Part shown: positions 32,614 through 44,380 of the stretch, piece by piece
Numbering within the stretch: position 1 is the stretch's first letter
Layout: every line of letters starts with the position of its first letter
DNA from: an uncultured delta proteobacterium
GTDB lineage: Bacteria > Desulfobacterota > RBG-13-43-22
Direction: 5' to 3'
Length of the DNA stretch: 64,000 nucleotides
Assembly: GCA_963802945.1 (NCBI GenBank)
Contig: CAWDKY010000016.1
Coordinates: 64,001-128,000, forward strand
Notes under the pieces: model-generated
Told to the model about the DNA's origin: nothing
What the model saw: only the letters and a program-made list of their open reading frames with translations
Database searches by the model: none
Made by a program: the position numbers and the translations under genes

Positions 32614-33237
32614 TTACAGAGAGAGAAGAGACACAATCTGCTGATGGATTTCATCAGGGGGCATAGTGGCATCGATTACGGTGATCCGCTCCGGTTCCTT
32701 CCAGGCCAGGAGCAGGTAACCCTGACGTATCTTTTCATGAAAGGCCCGGGCCTCTTGTTCAAAACGGGATTCCTTTTGGGATTCTTCGGAGTTATTGATT
32801 CGATCCCAGGCCCGGGAAAGGCCTGTGGATACCGGCAGGTTAAAAAAGAATGTTTTATCCGGCCAGAGAGAGCCCAGAACCTGCGGTCGTAATTGGTTCA
32901 AAAGTTTTTCATTCAATCCTCTGGCCAGGCCCTGATAAACGGCGGTGGCATCCCAGAAACGATCCGAAATTACCCACTGCCCCTTGGATAGGGCCGGAAG
33001 AATTTTTTCATTAACGTGTTGGCAGCGGTCGGCCAGATATAGAAACAACTCGGCCAGGGGATCCAACTTCTTGTTTTTCTGATCCAGCAAAATGGCCCGG
33101 ATTTGCAGACCGATCTTGGTCGCCCCCGGTTCCCGGGTGACCAAGCAGGGAATGCCATGATCTTTCAGTACCTTCCGCAGACGCTTGATCTGGGTGGTCT
33201 TGCCGGAACCTTCTATGCCTTCAAAAGTGATGAACAT
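32614..33237 (-). CDS. tmk: Thymidylate kinase
   Basis: FITFEGIEGSGKTTQ, TREPG, SDRF, YQG. Confidence 0.96.
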   Translation of the reverse strand: MFITFEGIEGSGKTTQIKRLRKVLKDHGIPCLVTREPGATKIGLQIRAILLDQKNKKLDPLAELFLYLADRCQHVNEKILPALSKGQWVISDRFWDATAVYQGLARGLNEKLLNQLRPQVLGSLWPDKTFFFNLPVSTGLSRAWDRINNSEESQKESRFEQEARAFHEKIRQGYLLLAWKEPERITVIDATMPPDEIHQQIVSLLSL

Positions 33238-33242
33238 GGTTT

Positions 33243-33520
33243 AATAACAGTTTGATTTCCTTTGAGTTGGCCTGAGTATAAAATAAGCCCCTAGAGGGGT
33301 CAAGGAGAAAAATAGACTCATAACTCCTTCCCACGGTCCCTGGAAATAAAATTTAGTTAATATTTTTTCGAGACCATTAATATTGAAGAGGGCAGTCCTG
33401 GTTTTCTTTTTGACGAAGTCAACGTAAGATGTTACTATTAAGCCGTAATACTGAACCATTAGTTCCCCGTGATGGGGGATATGGAGGTCATGGCCTCTAG
33501 TCAATCTAAGGCACCTAAGA
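33243..33520 (-). mobile_element. Highly decayed IS91-family remnant with outward promoter
   Basis: HIPHHGELMVQYYG resembles the HIP..GEQMVRYYG motif of IS91-type transposases; 33274-33312 matches 360-398 at 37/39 nt. Confidence 0.65.
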
Positions 33521-33803
33521 ATTTTTCTTATCGGTCGTCTTTGGATCAGTAGATAATCTGGGCCTCCTAAGGTGAAAATCACCAGGGATTCAATATTTGA
33601 GAATTATTTTTGCGACCTATTGCTCCGAGGCAACCATTACTGGAAACAAAATGACTAACGTTTCGAACTCTTGTCACTCCTAAGATGAATAAAAAAATGA
33701 AACGTTTTTTTGACTTTACGACAGCATTAATTTCAATAACCATGATGGCCCTAAACAAGAAAGCTCATGACTTGGTTAATTTTAGATCCTTGTGTAAACA
33801 GAT

Positions 33804-34931
33804 ATGAGACGAAAACTATTCCCTCTGAAACCACCCAAGAAGATCCTTTTAATAGCATCACGGCGAATAGGAGATGTTCTCTTGATAACTCCAGTTATAA
33901 GATCGATACGCCATGCATATCCGGGTGTAAAAATCGATGTCGTTGTCTTTAAGGGTACAGAGGGTTGCATCTCGGCAAATAAAGATATTAATAATATTAT
34001 TGGAATTCAGCAAGACGCAACCCTCCGAGAACAGGTCAAAACAGTATGTAAACTATTTCGCAAGTATGACCTATCCATTTCGACACTTTCTGGAGACAGA
34101 CCTATTTTCTACTCGTGGATAGCTGGAAAAAGTTGTATAGGATTCGTGGAAAATGGATATAAATACCTATGGAAACGATTGCTTTTAGACAGATATGAAC
34201 TATTTGACAATTATGAAACTCATACCGTGGCAATGAATCTGTCTCTACTTAAGCAGCTCGACATAAAACCAATGTCAGAAATTACCGCTTCATGGACCAA
34301 TGAGGATGAGATAGCGTTCAGGCAACTTCTCCCATTTGATATGGAGAAAAAATCTTATGCCGTGATAAATGTTTATCCCATGTTCAACTATAAGAGGTGG
34401 AATCTTGAAGGCTGGATAAACCTTATCAGCTGGCTTAATAAGTCGAAAGGCTTGGAAATAGTATTGACCGGAGGCAATTCATCAGATGAGCTAGGATATA
34501 TCTCCTTGCTTCGTCAATCACTGCCCAACGACAGCATAAATATTGCAGGGAAAGTCAGCCTGAGCGGAGTTGCTTATCTGTTAAGCAAAGCATCCGTATA
34601 TATTGGACTTGATACAGCGGTTACACATATGGCCGCGGCGTTAGGAATTCCAACGATTGCGCTGTATGGGCCAACAAATCCAGTTAAATGGGGGCCCATG
34701 CCTAATAACGTTTCTTTTTCAGGTAAAAGCCCTTACAAAAGAAAAGGATCTCAGATAGTAAAAAATGTTTTTCTTTTACAGGGGCAAGGTGATTGCGTTC
34801 CGTGCCATGAAGAAGGTTGTGATAGAAACGTTAGAAGTTTCAGCAAATGCCTTCAAGAGATATCTGCAGATGCTGTGATTGAGGCCGTAGAAACAATGAT
34901 GAAGCGAAATCGTTTGCCCAATATTGTTTAA
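33804..34931 (+). CDS. LPS heptosyltransferase (GT9, WaaQ-like)
   Basis: RRIGDVLLITP, YIGLDTAVTHMAAA, LYGPTNP.KWGP. Confidence 0.88.
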   Translation: MRRKLFPLKPPKKILLIASRRIGDVLLITPVIRSIRHAYPGVKIDVVVFKGTEGCISANKDINNIIGIQQDATLREQVKTVCKLFRKYDLSISTLSGDRPIFYSWIAGKSCIGFVENGYKYLWKRLLLDRYELFDNYETHTVAMNLSLLKQLDIKPMSEITASWTNEDEIAFRQLLPFDMEKKSYAVINVYPMFNYKRWNLEGWINLISWLNKSKGLEIVLTGGNSSDELGYISLLRQSLPNDSINIAGKVSLSGVAYLLSKASVYIGLDTAVTHMAAALGIPTIALYGPTNPVKWGPMPNNVSFSGKSPYKRKGSQIVKNVFLLQGQGDCVPCHEEGCDRNVRSFSKCLQEISADAVIEAVETMMKRNRLPNIV

Positions 34932-34987
34932 GAGACACATTGATAATATGGAAAATAAAATAGTAAAGAGTTCTCGCTGATCAGCAT

Positions 34988-35400
34988 TTGCAAGAGATAA
35001 AGGGAACTTCGGAAGTGTATAGAATGATGTTCTATAAAAATACGATTAAAATAATTTTAGGACATTTCATTCTAGTAGTTGGCACGAGCGGCTTTTTCAA
35101 GGCGTATTACAAAGTGGCAAAAGGTACGAAAATGACCGGTACCGTTAATCCCCATAATGAATATCTTATGGTTACATCGCAATTAGGAATCTCAGGCCTT
35201 TGCGCGTTTTGTATCTTTTTTTAATGCATAGCCTTGAGCATCCAATTCGAATTTATTCTTTTATAAAATGATAGCCCGGGGTTTTGTGTTGACAATTTTA
35301 TCAGCAAGTAGGGTTACCTCGATATTGATGGGTCATACCGAGAGAACATTTTATATATGGATGAGCGCTCCTTTATTCGGAGGATATGTATCTAATCGTC
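34988..35400 (+). pseudogene. O-antigen ligase C-terminal remnant
   Basis: G.GT, NPHNEYL...QLGI.G motif; internal stop and missing N-terminus. Confidence 0.65.
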
Positions 35401-35415
35401 GCCAAGAGGGTCATC

Positions 35416-36159
35416 GTGAGATTATCAGTAATAATCATAACGAAAAATGAAGAAAAGAATATCCGGGTTTGCCTGGATTCCGTTGCCTGGGCTGATGAAA
35501 TTATTGTTCTTGATTCCGGCAGCACGGATGCCACGGTTACGATATGCAAACAGTATACTGATAAAGTTTATGAAACGGACTGGATTGGTTTTGGGCATCA
35601 GAAGAACCGTGCATTAAACTATGCGTCTGGAGATTGGGTATTGTCACTGGATGCTGATGAATGGATAACACCGGAGTTAAAGGCCGAGATTCTGACGGCT
35701 ATAGCAAAATCCAGGTAGTTATGTCGGCTTTTGAGATACCGCAGATTGTCCAGTTATTGCGGTCAATATATGCGCCACAGTGGATGGTGGCCTGATCATG
35801 TTACTCGTCTTTGCAGAAGGGGTATGGCTCGATTTAACGAGCAACTAATTCATGAGAGAATGATTGTTGATGGGAAGCGTCGGCCGTTTATCCAATCATA
35901 TAATGCATGCGTCTTTTAAGGATTTGGAACATGTATTGACTAAGCTTAATCGATATTCAACCGATAATGCCAATTTATTACTTGCCGAAGGGGAAAAATC
36001 TTCATTATCAAAAGCGATATCTGCATGGGTTATGGAGTTTTATCCATACCTATATCGTGCACGCCGGATTTCTTAGATGGCTGCATGGGATTTATCCTTG
36101 CAGTTTCCAATGCAGAAGGCACATACTACAAGTATTTAAAACTAATGCATGTTAAATAA
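35416..36159 (+). CDS. GT2 glycosyltransferase (WaaE/KdtX-like), frameshifted
   Basis: LSVIIITKNEE, LDSGSTD, SLDADE, GWWPD..RL, HE. Confidence 0.8.
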
Positions 36160-36540
36160 AAATAAAAGATGAACATTGCCATCATTGTTACAACATATAA
36201 AGGACCAAGGCCGTCATTCCGAGTAGTATGGCCTGGAAATGATGTATCCCAACAAGCCCGAAAAGGGAGTAGATTACTTTCCGCCCTCTGTGCCAACTTC
36301 AGAAGCCACTCGATCGGTCGCACTGGCCTCATTTCCTGTTGTCGAGAGAGCCTGTTTTGAAAGATATTATAAAAATCGTGATCGCTGGTTTGACTACGCC
36401 TGAGATCTAAATCCAGTCATCAATGCATAATGTCTATTGATGGGCCAGCAAGCTGTTCATCAAAAGGGATGGAAGCACAAAAGCCATGAGTCCGAATGGT
36501 CTGGGATGGATGATGGGTGTTTTGCTGAAGGTTACTTATG

Positions 36541-37371
36541 TCATTCTGAACTATGATAGCTGTTTGCATGTAACCGTTTATCAATGCCATTTATACACCA
36601 AGTTGATTCAGTCTGGATGGCCTGTTCAAGAAGTCTGTCGTTGTGCTCCAGGGAGTCCTGTGGATTCGCGGGATGAAAAAGATGGAACGACAAGGCTCTG
36701 AATCTAATGGTCTGCCTCTGTACTCCGCTGCTCATTAGTCGGGCCGCAAACTCGCTGTCCTCTCTTCCCCATCCTTCAAAATCCTCATTGAAGCCATTTA
36801 CGGCAATGCCGTCGGCACGCCAAAACGCGAAATTGCATGTTCTGATTCCATGGAGATTCATACTCTTACGAGTGACCAGCCTTGAGAGAAAAACAGAATG
36901 GATAGAGTTCTTCCGGTTTATAAGACCATTCTCAAAAAAGGAAAAACACAACTGTTTCTCTTGTAGGACCTGTGCGCTTTTGCTTGGGGTTAGAAGAACC
37001 CTGGAGCCTTGGGAGAAAAAACGTCGCCGCGCGACTTTTGCGTGGTCCTCAAGGAATGCCTTGTGCAGTATTATGTCTCCATCGATGAAAATAATATACT
37101 CACCCGTTGCCTTAGCAAGGGCCTTGTTCCTGATTTGTGCCGCCCGGAATCCTTTGTCCTTTTGCCAGATGTGGTAGATGGGGACTCGATGGTCCCTCGC
37201 AATTCGGCAAATTAGATCCCGTGTATCCTCCCTCGATCCGTCATCGGCAATAATGATCTCATCTGGTGGTTGAGTCTGGCATAGAGCGCTCAGTAAGGAG
37301 AGCTCAAGGGCCTCCTTCCAGTCGTAAGTGGTTATAATGAGAGAAACAGCCACGTTCTCGGTTCTCCGCAT
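36541..37371 (-). CDS. GT2 glycosyltransferase
   Basis: SLIITTY, IADDGS, FIDGD, VNGFNEDF.GWGRED. Confidence 0.88.
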   Translation of the reverse strand: MRRTENVAVSLIITTYDWKEALELSLLSALCQTQPPDEIIIADDGSREDTRDLICRIARDHRVPIYHIWQKDKGFRAAQIRNKALAKATGEYIIFIDGDIILHKAFLEDHAKVARRRFFSQGSRVLLTPSKSAQVLQEKQLCFSFFENGLINRKNSIHSVFLSRLVTRKSMNLHGIRTCNFAFWRADGIAVNGFNEDFEGWGREDSEFAARLMSSGVQRQTIRFRALSFHLFHPANPQDSLEHNDRLLEQAIQTESTWCINGIDKRLHANSYHSSE

Positions 37372-37556
37372 GACAGTACCCGGATGTTGCAAAAGCCGAG
37401 GATGCTGTAGATCCGAGGTGGCAAGGGTGAAGTTGTACTTAGGTGCTGCGAACCCTTGCCAACCCCACCTGTGGCGGGACATCGCACGGCTTTCCCGAAG
37501 GGTAAAACTGATTGATATTTTATAAAAATCCCCAAATGCACCTCGTTCCTCACCCG

Positions 37557-38825
37557 TCAAATCCCATCAAAATCGCCGTAAAGGATAGCACTGAAGTAGG
37601 CAAAGGTCATACCGCCGTGGTGCCCCAAGAGATAGGAGTCAAAGAGCATAATGGTCAGAAAAAAGACCGGTAGAGCTAACCGTAAATGTCTGAAACCACC
37701 GCGGGTATTTCGTGAACACCGAATCTGTAAATAGAAAATAAGTAATAGTGACAAGAGACCGATGACGCCGAATTGTGCCTGAACGAGAAGATAATTGTTG
37801 TGTGGGTTTACAGTACTCACCACATCTGGTGATCGGGTCTGATTGACCCTTTTATACTCTTCGGCAAAGTCTCCCGTGCCTACACCAAATAAGGGGTGTT
37901 CTTTGATGATTTCAAAAGTGTTCAAGAAAAAGGTAATACGGTCATTACCATGCGTTGATTGTTTATTCATTTGGAAATTCAAGATCTCGTCCACCGCTTC
38001 ATTCACTCGCTGATGAAATGTAGAAGTGAACTGATAGGAGACGAAGAATAGTACCAACACTACCCCACAGGAAGTGGCCAGAGCCTTCAGCGGTCTTCCG
38101 TGAAAATACTGGAGGCAAACCAAGATTAGCATTACAAAAAATACGAGCTGCCCAGTTCGGCCTATCGTCAAGAACAGGTTTATGGTCATGATTATGAGAA
38201 GAACCGCATACACGGTTTTCTTCCATACTGCAAGCTGGCAAAATAAAAGGGCATGAAGGAGCAGATAGGTGGACAGGGCCAAAAGGGGATTAAAGGAAAC
38301 GTGAGTCATGGGCATAAAGTTAATCACATGTAGCAGATTGAGGGAAGAAAGAAAGCAGAGCAGTGCCATACCCAAAAGATAAGAATCGAAGTAGTATGGG
38401 ATATGCTCTCTTCTTACATAGACCATTATCGTCGGCACCAAAAGTAGTTTCCATTGTTTGTTGATCATATGCAGTCCCCATGCGACATCATGGGTCCAGA
38501 GAAGGCCGACCACATGCAACATGAAAAACGCGGCGAGTGCCATCACGATCTGATTTTTGCTGAAGCTCTTGACATGCTCCTTCAGGTTCCCGTCCAAGAG
38601 AAAGCAGATGATGATCGCAATGGCCACTGTTGTACCCACAGAGGTCGAAAGCGTCAGGAAAAGGCCAAAAACTATTATGAGATAAGAACCCATTTTCGAG
38701 AGGTTCTGCCTAAACACTCTCACGCTGGCTATTGGGAGTTGTCCCACGGTCATTTCTTGCTCCTTCACTGCCTCGGCCAGGGCTGATACGGTCGGGGTTT
38801 CCATCGCCGGTGCAGCCAACACCAT
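37557..38825 (-). CDS. O-antigen ligase family protein (WaaL-like)
   Basis: Multiple TM segments, GRTG, HPLFGVGTGDF, NPHNNYL; start uncertain. Confidence 0.87.
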   Translation of the reverse strand: MVLAAPAMETPTVSALAEAVKEQEMTVGQLPIASVRVFRQNLSKMGSYLIIVFGLFLTLSTSVGTTVAIAIIICFLLDGNLKEHVKSFSKNQIVMALAAFFMLHVVGLLWTHDVAWGLHMINKQWKLLLVPTIMVYVRREHIPYYFDSYLLGMALLCFLSSLNLLHVINFMPMTHVSFNPLLALSTYLLLHALLFCQLAVWKKTVYAVLLIIMTINLFLTIGRTGQLVFFVMLILVCLQYFHGRPLKALATSCGVVLVLFFVSYQFTSTFHQRVNEAVDEILNFQMNKQSTHGNDRITFFLNTFEIIKEHPLFGVGTGDFAEEYKRVNQTRSPDVVSTVNPHNNYLLVQAQFGVIGLLSLLLIFYLQIRCSRNTRGGFRHLRLALPVFFLTIMLFDSYLLGHHGGMTFAYFSAILYGDFDGI

Positions 38826-38869
38826 TATTCAGGGGGATTGCGCAAATAATCTTCAATGATCCGGTGTTT

Positions 38870-39390
38870 GATAAGAAATTGCTTTTTGATGGAAAGAGTA
38901 TAGGGAATGAAAAAGATACAGTCAAGGAGAAAGATAGGGGCCAAAGGTAAGGGGAATTAGGAGGTCTTCTGGAGAAAATAGAGTTTTGTAGTTCTGGACT
39001 TTACAGATAGAAGGGGATAAGGGGAAAAGAAGAGGCAGACTACCAAAAATTGGACAAACTACTTCCTTTACATCCAGATCTTCCTTATCTCAAACGAAGG
39101 AGTGATTTGTGGAAGCCTCGAAGTTCTGGTCAAAGACTTCCTCATAGAAAGGAGCTGGGAATCCGAATAGTCTATCTGAAGTTCGAAAGATTTGGGTTTG
39201 GGTGGGGGTCTCTGATTTGCCTGCCATAAACCCAAATGACCTAAAATTTTGTTGATCACTTCCTGGTCCTCGATAATGCTGATTATCCGCATCAGACCCT
39301 GACATTTGGGGCAGGTCAGGGGATCGACTTCATATATTTTTTGAATCAAGCGAGCCCAATTCCTTTTACTTGCTTGTTGATCGGCCAGAA
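38870..39390 (-). mobile_element. IS91/ISCR-family remnant: transposase C-terminus plus ori end with outward promoter
   Basis: NWARLIQKIYEVDPLTCPKCQG.MRII..IED..VI.KIL.HLGLW; TTGACT-17-TATACT; ends in AAAAGCAATTTCTTATC. Confidence 0.85.
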
Positions 39391-39568
39391 GTATATGGAT
39401 TGCCCAACAACCTGATTTTCTCAAGTACAACCAAATAATAATCAAGCACTTCTGTAATGTTGTTTTTCTTATATTACTAATTCATACAACATTTCAATCC
39501 GTAATAAACACAGTTCACGCTCGACGACAAACATCGGATCCACCCCCGCGTTTATGATAAAGATTTAA

Positions 39569-39620
39569 TTGACATACAAGGCTAAAGCTTCTATCCTTCA
39601 TACCAAAGGAAGTTCTTATC
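39569..39620 (+). mobile_element. IS91-like ori end with outward promoter upstream of galE
   Basis: TTGACA-17-TATCCT followed by AAAGGAAGTTCTTATC. Confidence 0.6.
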
Positions 39621-39670
39621 AATGCCTGGAGAGGCACTATTTATACCGTTCTGCTGAGTAAGAAAGGACA

Positions 39671-40644
39671 ATGAGACGATTAGAAAGGCATTGGTCACCG
39701 GCGGTGCCGGCTATATCGGTTCCCACTGCTGCAAGTGGCCGCGGCAAAGCGGCTGGTAACCGGTTGTGATCGACAACCTGACGTACGGCCACGAGGAGTT
39801 TGTTCGCTGGAATGACTTTGTCCGTGGCGACGTTGGGGACAGCGCTCTGCTCGATGAACTTTTCAATAGCTACAAATTTTCGGAAATCGTCCATTCCGCC
39901 GCGTTTGCCTATGTGGGCGAATCGGTCGTAGACCCGGCCAAATACTACCTGAACATTTTTTGCACCAGTGTGACGCTGCTGGAGGCAATGCGCCGGCACG
40001 GCGCCGGCACCATCGTCTTTTCTTCTACCTGTGCCATATATGGAAATCCGGTGCAGCTACCGATGACCGAAAGGCACCCGCAGAATCCGATCAATCCCTA
40101 TGGCCGGTCGAACCTGATGATCGAGCAGGTCCTCGCCGATTATAACCGGGCTTATAGGCTCCGCTACGTAAGCCTGTACTATTTTAATGCCGCTGGCGAG
40201 ATTGGCGAGCAGCACGAACCGGAGACCCACCTGATCCCGCTGGTACTGGATGCTACAGCCGGCAAGCGGCCCCAGGTCGAGGTCTACGGCAACGATAATC
40301 CTCCCGCTGACGGCACCTGCATTCGTGATTACATTCACACGACCGATCTGGCCGATGCTCATGCGAGAGCCTTAGTGTATCTGGAAAACGGCGGCGCCAG
40401 CCGAGCCTTCAACCTCGGTACCGGCAGGGGGCATTCGGTCATAGATGTGATCAGGTCCGTCGAGAGAGTCACCGGCCGGCGGGTACCATTCTCCGTTCGG
40501 CCGCGCCGGCCCGGGAATCCGGCCGAACTGGTCACCGTTACTGAGATGGCCCACGTTTGTCTGCAGTGGTGTCCGGAGTACGTTAAGCTCGACGCGATTG
40601 TCGCCACGGCATGGCGGTGGCACCAGAGGGAGCGACAGTCATGA
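39671..40644 (+). CDS. galE: UDP-glucose 4-epimerase (N-terminal frameshifts)
   Basis: LVTGGAGYIGSH, VGESV.DP.KYY, FSSTCAIYG, PETHLIP, DGTCIRDYIH; the YxxxK motif reads YGRSN, so it may be decaying. Confidence 0.85.
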
Positions 40645-41510
40645 TATTCGCGTTGTTCGCCCATGGTGCAGAGTTCTACAGCAAGCAAGCGTATCTCGCT
40701 GCCCGCTCCATCATCGTCCGGCAGCCTTCAGCCCAGGTGGTCATCTACACGAACCAAACACTTGCCGACCCCCAGCTGGATATCAGGCAGATCAGCCGAT
40801 TCGAGCTGGAGTCCTGGGGGGGGCCTCTGGCATTCAACCACCGTCAAAAGGTGGGCATGTTGATCCACGCCCATCTGGAACTGGGTGACGACACGCCGTT
40901 TTGCTATCTCGATTCCGATATGTACTGCCGGACCATGCCGGCTGCGCTCATGAACCCTGGCGGCAAAGCGCTCTTCTACGAGAACGAGGGACCGGTCGGG
41001 CCATCCTTTCATAGCAAGCTCTATGACTTCTTCATCGAGCGACGAAAAAGACTCACCATGGCGGGGTATGGTGCGCTACAGCCGAACCCCACCATGTATA
41101 ACTGCGGGCTGATCTTTCTACCGCCGGGAGCCGGGCGGCTGCGGATCTTCGAAGAGGTACTGCGGCTCACCGATTTCCTCTGCCTCCGTTTCCCCCGAAA
41201 GATGACATGGCTGGAGCAGACCGCGTTCTCCTATTTGGTCCCGCTCCATTACGATGTTGCCACGCCGGAGGCGGGGTTCGAACATTACTGGAACTGCAAT
41301 TCCGAAGTGGCCCGGTTGCTGGAGAAGCTGAGTCTAGCCGACATCAACGCGATTGCCGTCGAAGAAGATCGTTTCGCTGAATTGCTGCTGCGGGCAAAAG
41401 CAATGCGGCGCCAGTATGACAATAAGTTGAGGCAGACCATCAGGAACTGGAAAAGGAGTCTGCGTAAGAGAATCACCGTCATCAAAGCGCGTAAACTAAT
41501 CGGAACGTAA
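40641..41510 (+). CDS. Putative nucleotide-diphospho-sugar transferase (GT-A)
   Basis: YLDSD DxD motif, YNCG, EQTAFS, HYW; ATGA overlap with galE. Confidence 0.6.
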   Translation: MIFALFAHGAEFYSKQAYLAARSIIVRQPSAQVVIYTNQTLADPQLDIRQISRFELESWGGPLAFNHRQKVGMLIHAHLELGDDTPFCYLDSDMYCRTMPAALMNPGGKALFYENEGPVGPSFHSKLYDFFIERRKRLTMAGYGALQPNPTMYNCGLIFLPPGAGRLRIFEEVLRLTDFLCLRFPRKMTWLEQTAFSYLVPLHYDVATPEAGFEHYWNCNSEVARLLEKLSLADINAIAVEEDRFAELLLRAKAMRRQYDNKLRQTIRNWKRSLRKRITVIKARKLIGT

Positions 41511-41915
41511 TGATTTGAAGGACTTGAACGTCAGCATCATCACATTCACACATTGTAGGTGAAACAAGTAATCACTTACTTCCTGAAACAAAGCATCCGA
41601 AGATTGTTACAAAGATCAATCCGTTCAAATGGTATTAATTAAGCATCGTAAAAAAGAGGCATACAGGAGGGCTGCTTCAATATTGTTTAAAGAATGTCCT
41701 CTTGACAGGCGGTTCGTCCAAAAGGTGATTCGATTTCTTAAAAAGACGGATGTCTCGATATGTCCCTTCCATGACCATCGGCACAGCACCCCATATTTTG
41801 TGGCCTAAAAGACCGTTCTTCTGATATTTCCCCCGTCAAAAGTAATATCTTTGATAGAATGGATAATTAAAGATAAATATGCTATGGAGAAAACCGAAAA
41901 CCAATTTAATTATTT

Positions 41916-42030
41916 GATAAGAAGTTGCTTTTTGATGGCAAGATTATCAAACAAGAAAAAGAACACCGTCAAAGAGAAAGATAGGGGCCAAAGGCAAGGG
42001 GACAAAGGGGGTCTTCTGGGGAAAATGAGG
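41916..42030 (-). mobile_element. IS91-like ori end, diverged copy of 38870-38980
   Basis: GATAAGAAGTTGCTTTTTGATGG..GAGAAAGATAGGGGCCAAAGG..GGTCTTCTGG is shared with 38870-38980. Confidence 0.75.
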
Positions 42031-42285
42031 CCATGGCGACAGATTTTCGGCTCGAAATACGAAAGGTCCGTGCGGTGGCCTCGGCCAAGGTCCGGGACAA
42101 GGTCCCGGCCACGACGGGCCCCATTAATAATATTAACCTTTAACCTTCTTCTCCTCTCCTCAAGGAGGTCCGGCAGATATGCCGGGCCTCCTTTATTTTT
42201 TTCCCAGTAACCAGTCATACCCCTTTGCGGCAGGCAGCACAAAATATGAAAATAAACCTTCGAATCATTCGATTAAGAGTTTTTA

Positions 42286-42320
42286 TTCTGAATTCTGACT
42301 CCTGGATTCTGGATTCTTGA
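42286..42320. repeat. Heptamer tandem repeat
   Basis: ATTCTGA ATTCTGA CTCCTGG ATTCTGG ATTCTTG. Confidence 0.55.
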
Positions 42321-42347
42321 TTTTTATTTTCGAACTAAACAAACCGA

Positions 42348-43634
<1,287 letters not shown>

Positions 43635-43779
43635 CTAACCTCCTCAACTTTTTCCACGCTTTAGTTTGTTATGTAAATTTTTATTTTATCATAAACGAAA
43701 CCCGATCTAAAGGCAATAGCTCAACTGCACCTAAATGCATCACTGCTGAAAAATATACCCCAAGGATAACGAAGTTCCG

Positions 43780-43950
43780 GCGATAGCTCTTAAAAGAAAT
43801 AAAAAAGTAATTTTAGAGATCATCACGCAATATATTGAGTACCTTCAGGAGAATCACATTCCATTTTGACGAATTTACTTTTTAGATCTGTTGCAAAAGG
43901 GATATATCGCCACGACAGCGGTATTGATCTGGCAGAAATCTCCCTGAGCG
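43780..43950 (+). pseudogene. Decayed minimal nucleotidyltransferase (MNT) remnant
   Basis: YIEYLQENHIPF*RIYF, then after a shift SVAKG.YRHDSGIDLA, resembling FGSxAKG..DSDIDLA. Confidence 0.45.
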
Positions 43951-44045
43951 ACTGTTTTTGAATATTATCATGGGGAAGCCAAGAGGAAGATTCTTTTATA
44001 GGCCCGACAGGGAAGGAAAATTTGTTTCGAAGACAGGAAGGGGGG

Positions 44046-44074
44046 TTGACTTTAATTTTTAATAGGTTTAAATA
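44046..44074 (+). promoter_or_regulatory. sigma70 promoter upstream of the hsd locus
   Basis: TTGACT-17 bp-TAAAAT. Confidence 0.6.
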
Positions 44075-44206
44075 AGTTATATTAACTTGGCTTCATAAAC
44101 ATAAAGCGAATAGCCATCAGCAGCCTAACCGCTGGTCGCTGAACACCGAACGTTGAACGCTTTCAGAATCGGAAGGACCGTCCATGAAGCAGCCCACCAA
44201 GACCCC

Positions 44207-44300
44207 ATTTTCAAAATTAGAGATGGGGTTTTTGTTTTGATAAGGGATATTAAACCGTCATGCCCCGTCGAGGGGCATGACATCACCAGACATGAAAATA
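44207..44300. repeat. Small palindromic repeat element
   Basis: ATTTTCA ... GTCATGCCCC-GTCGA-GGGGCATGAC ... TGAAAAT. Confidence 0.5.
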
Positions 44301-44380
44301 GAGCAGGTCGAATGGTTAGCCTCAAACTCTATTTTCGCACTAAAGAGATAACAGAATGAAAACAAAGAATCGATTCCCCC

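Noticed and set aside
41788-41803. NrdR-box-like ACCCCATATTTTGTGG
   Set aside because: Single copy with no ribonucleotide reductase gene nearby.
41851-42242. Short ORFs on both strands
   Set aside because: They overlap the non-coding IS91-like end and have no protein-like features.
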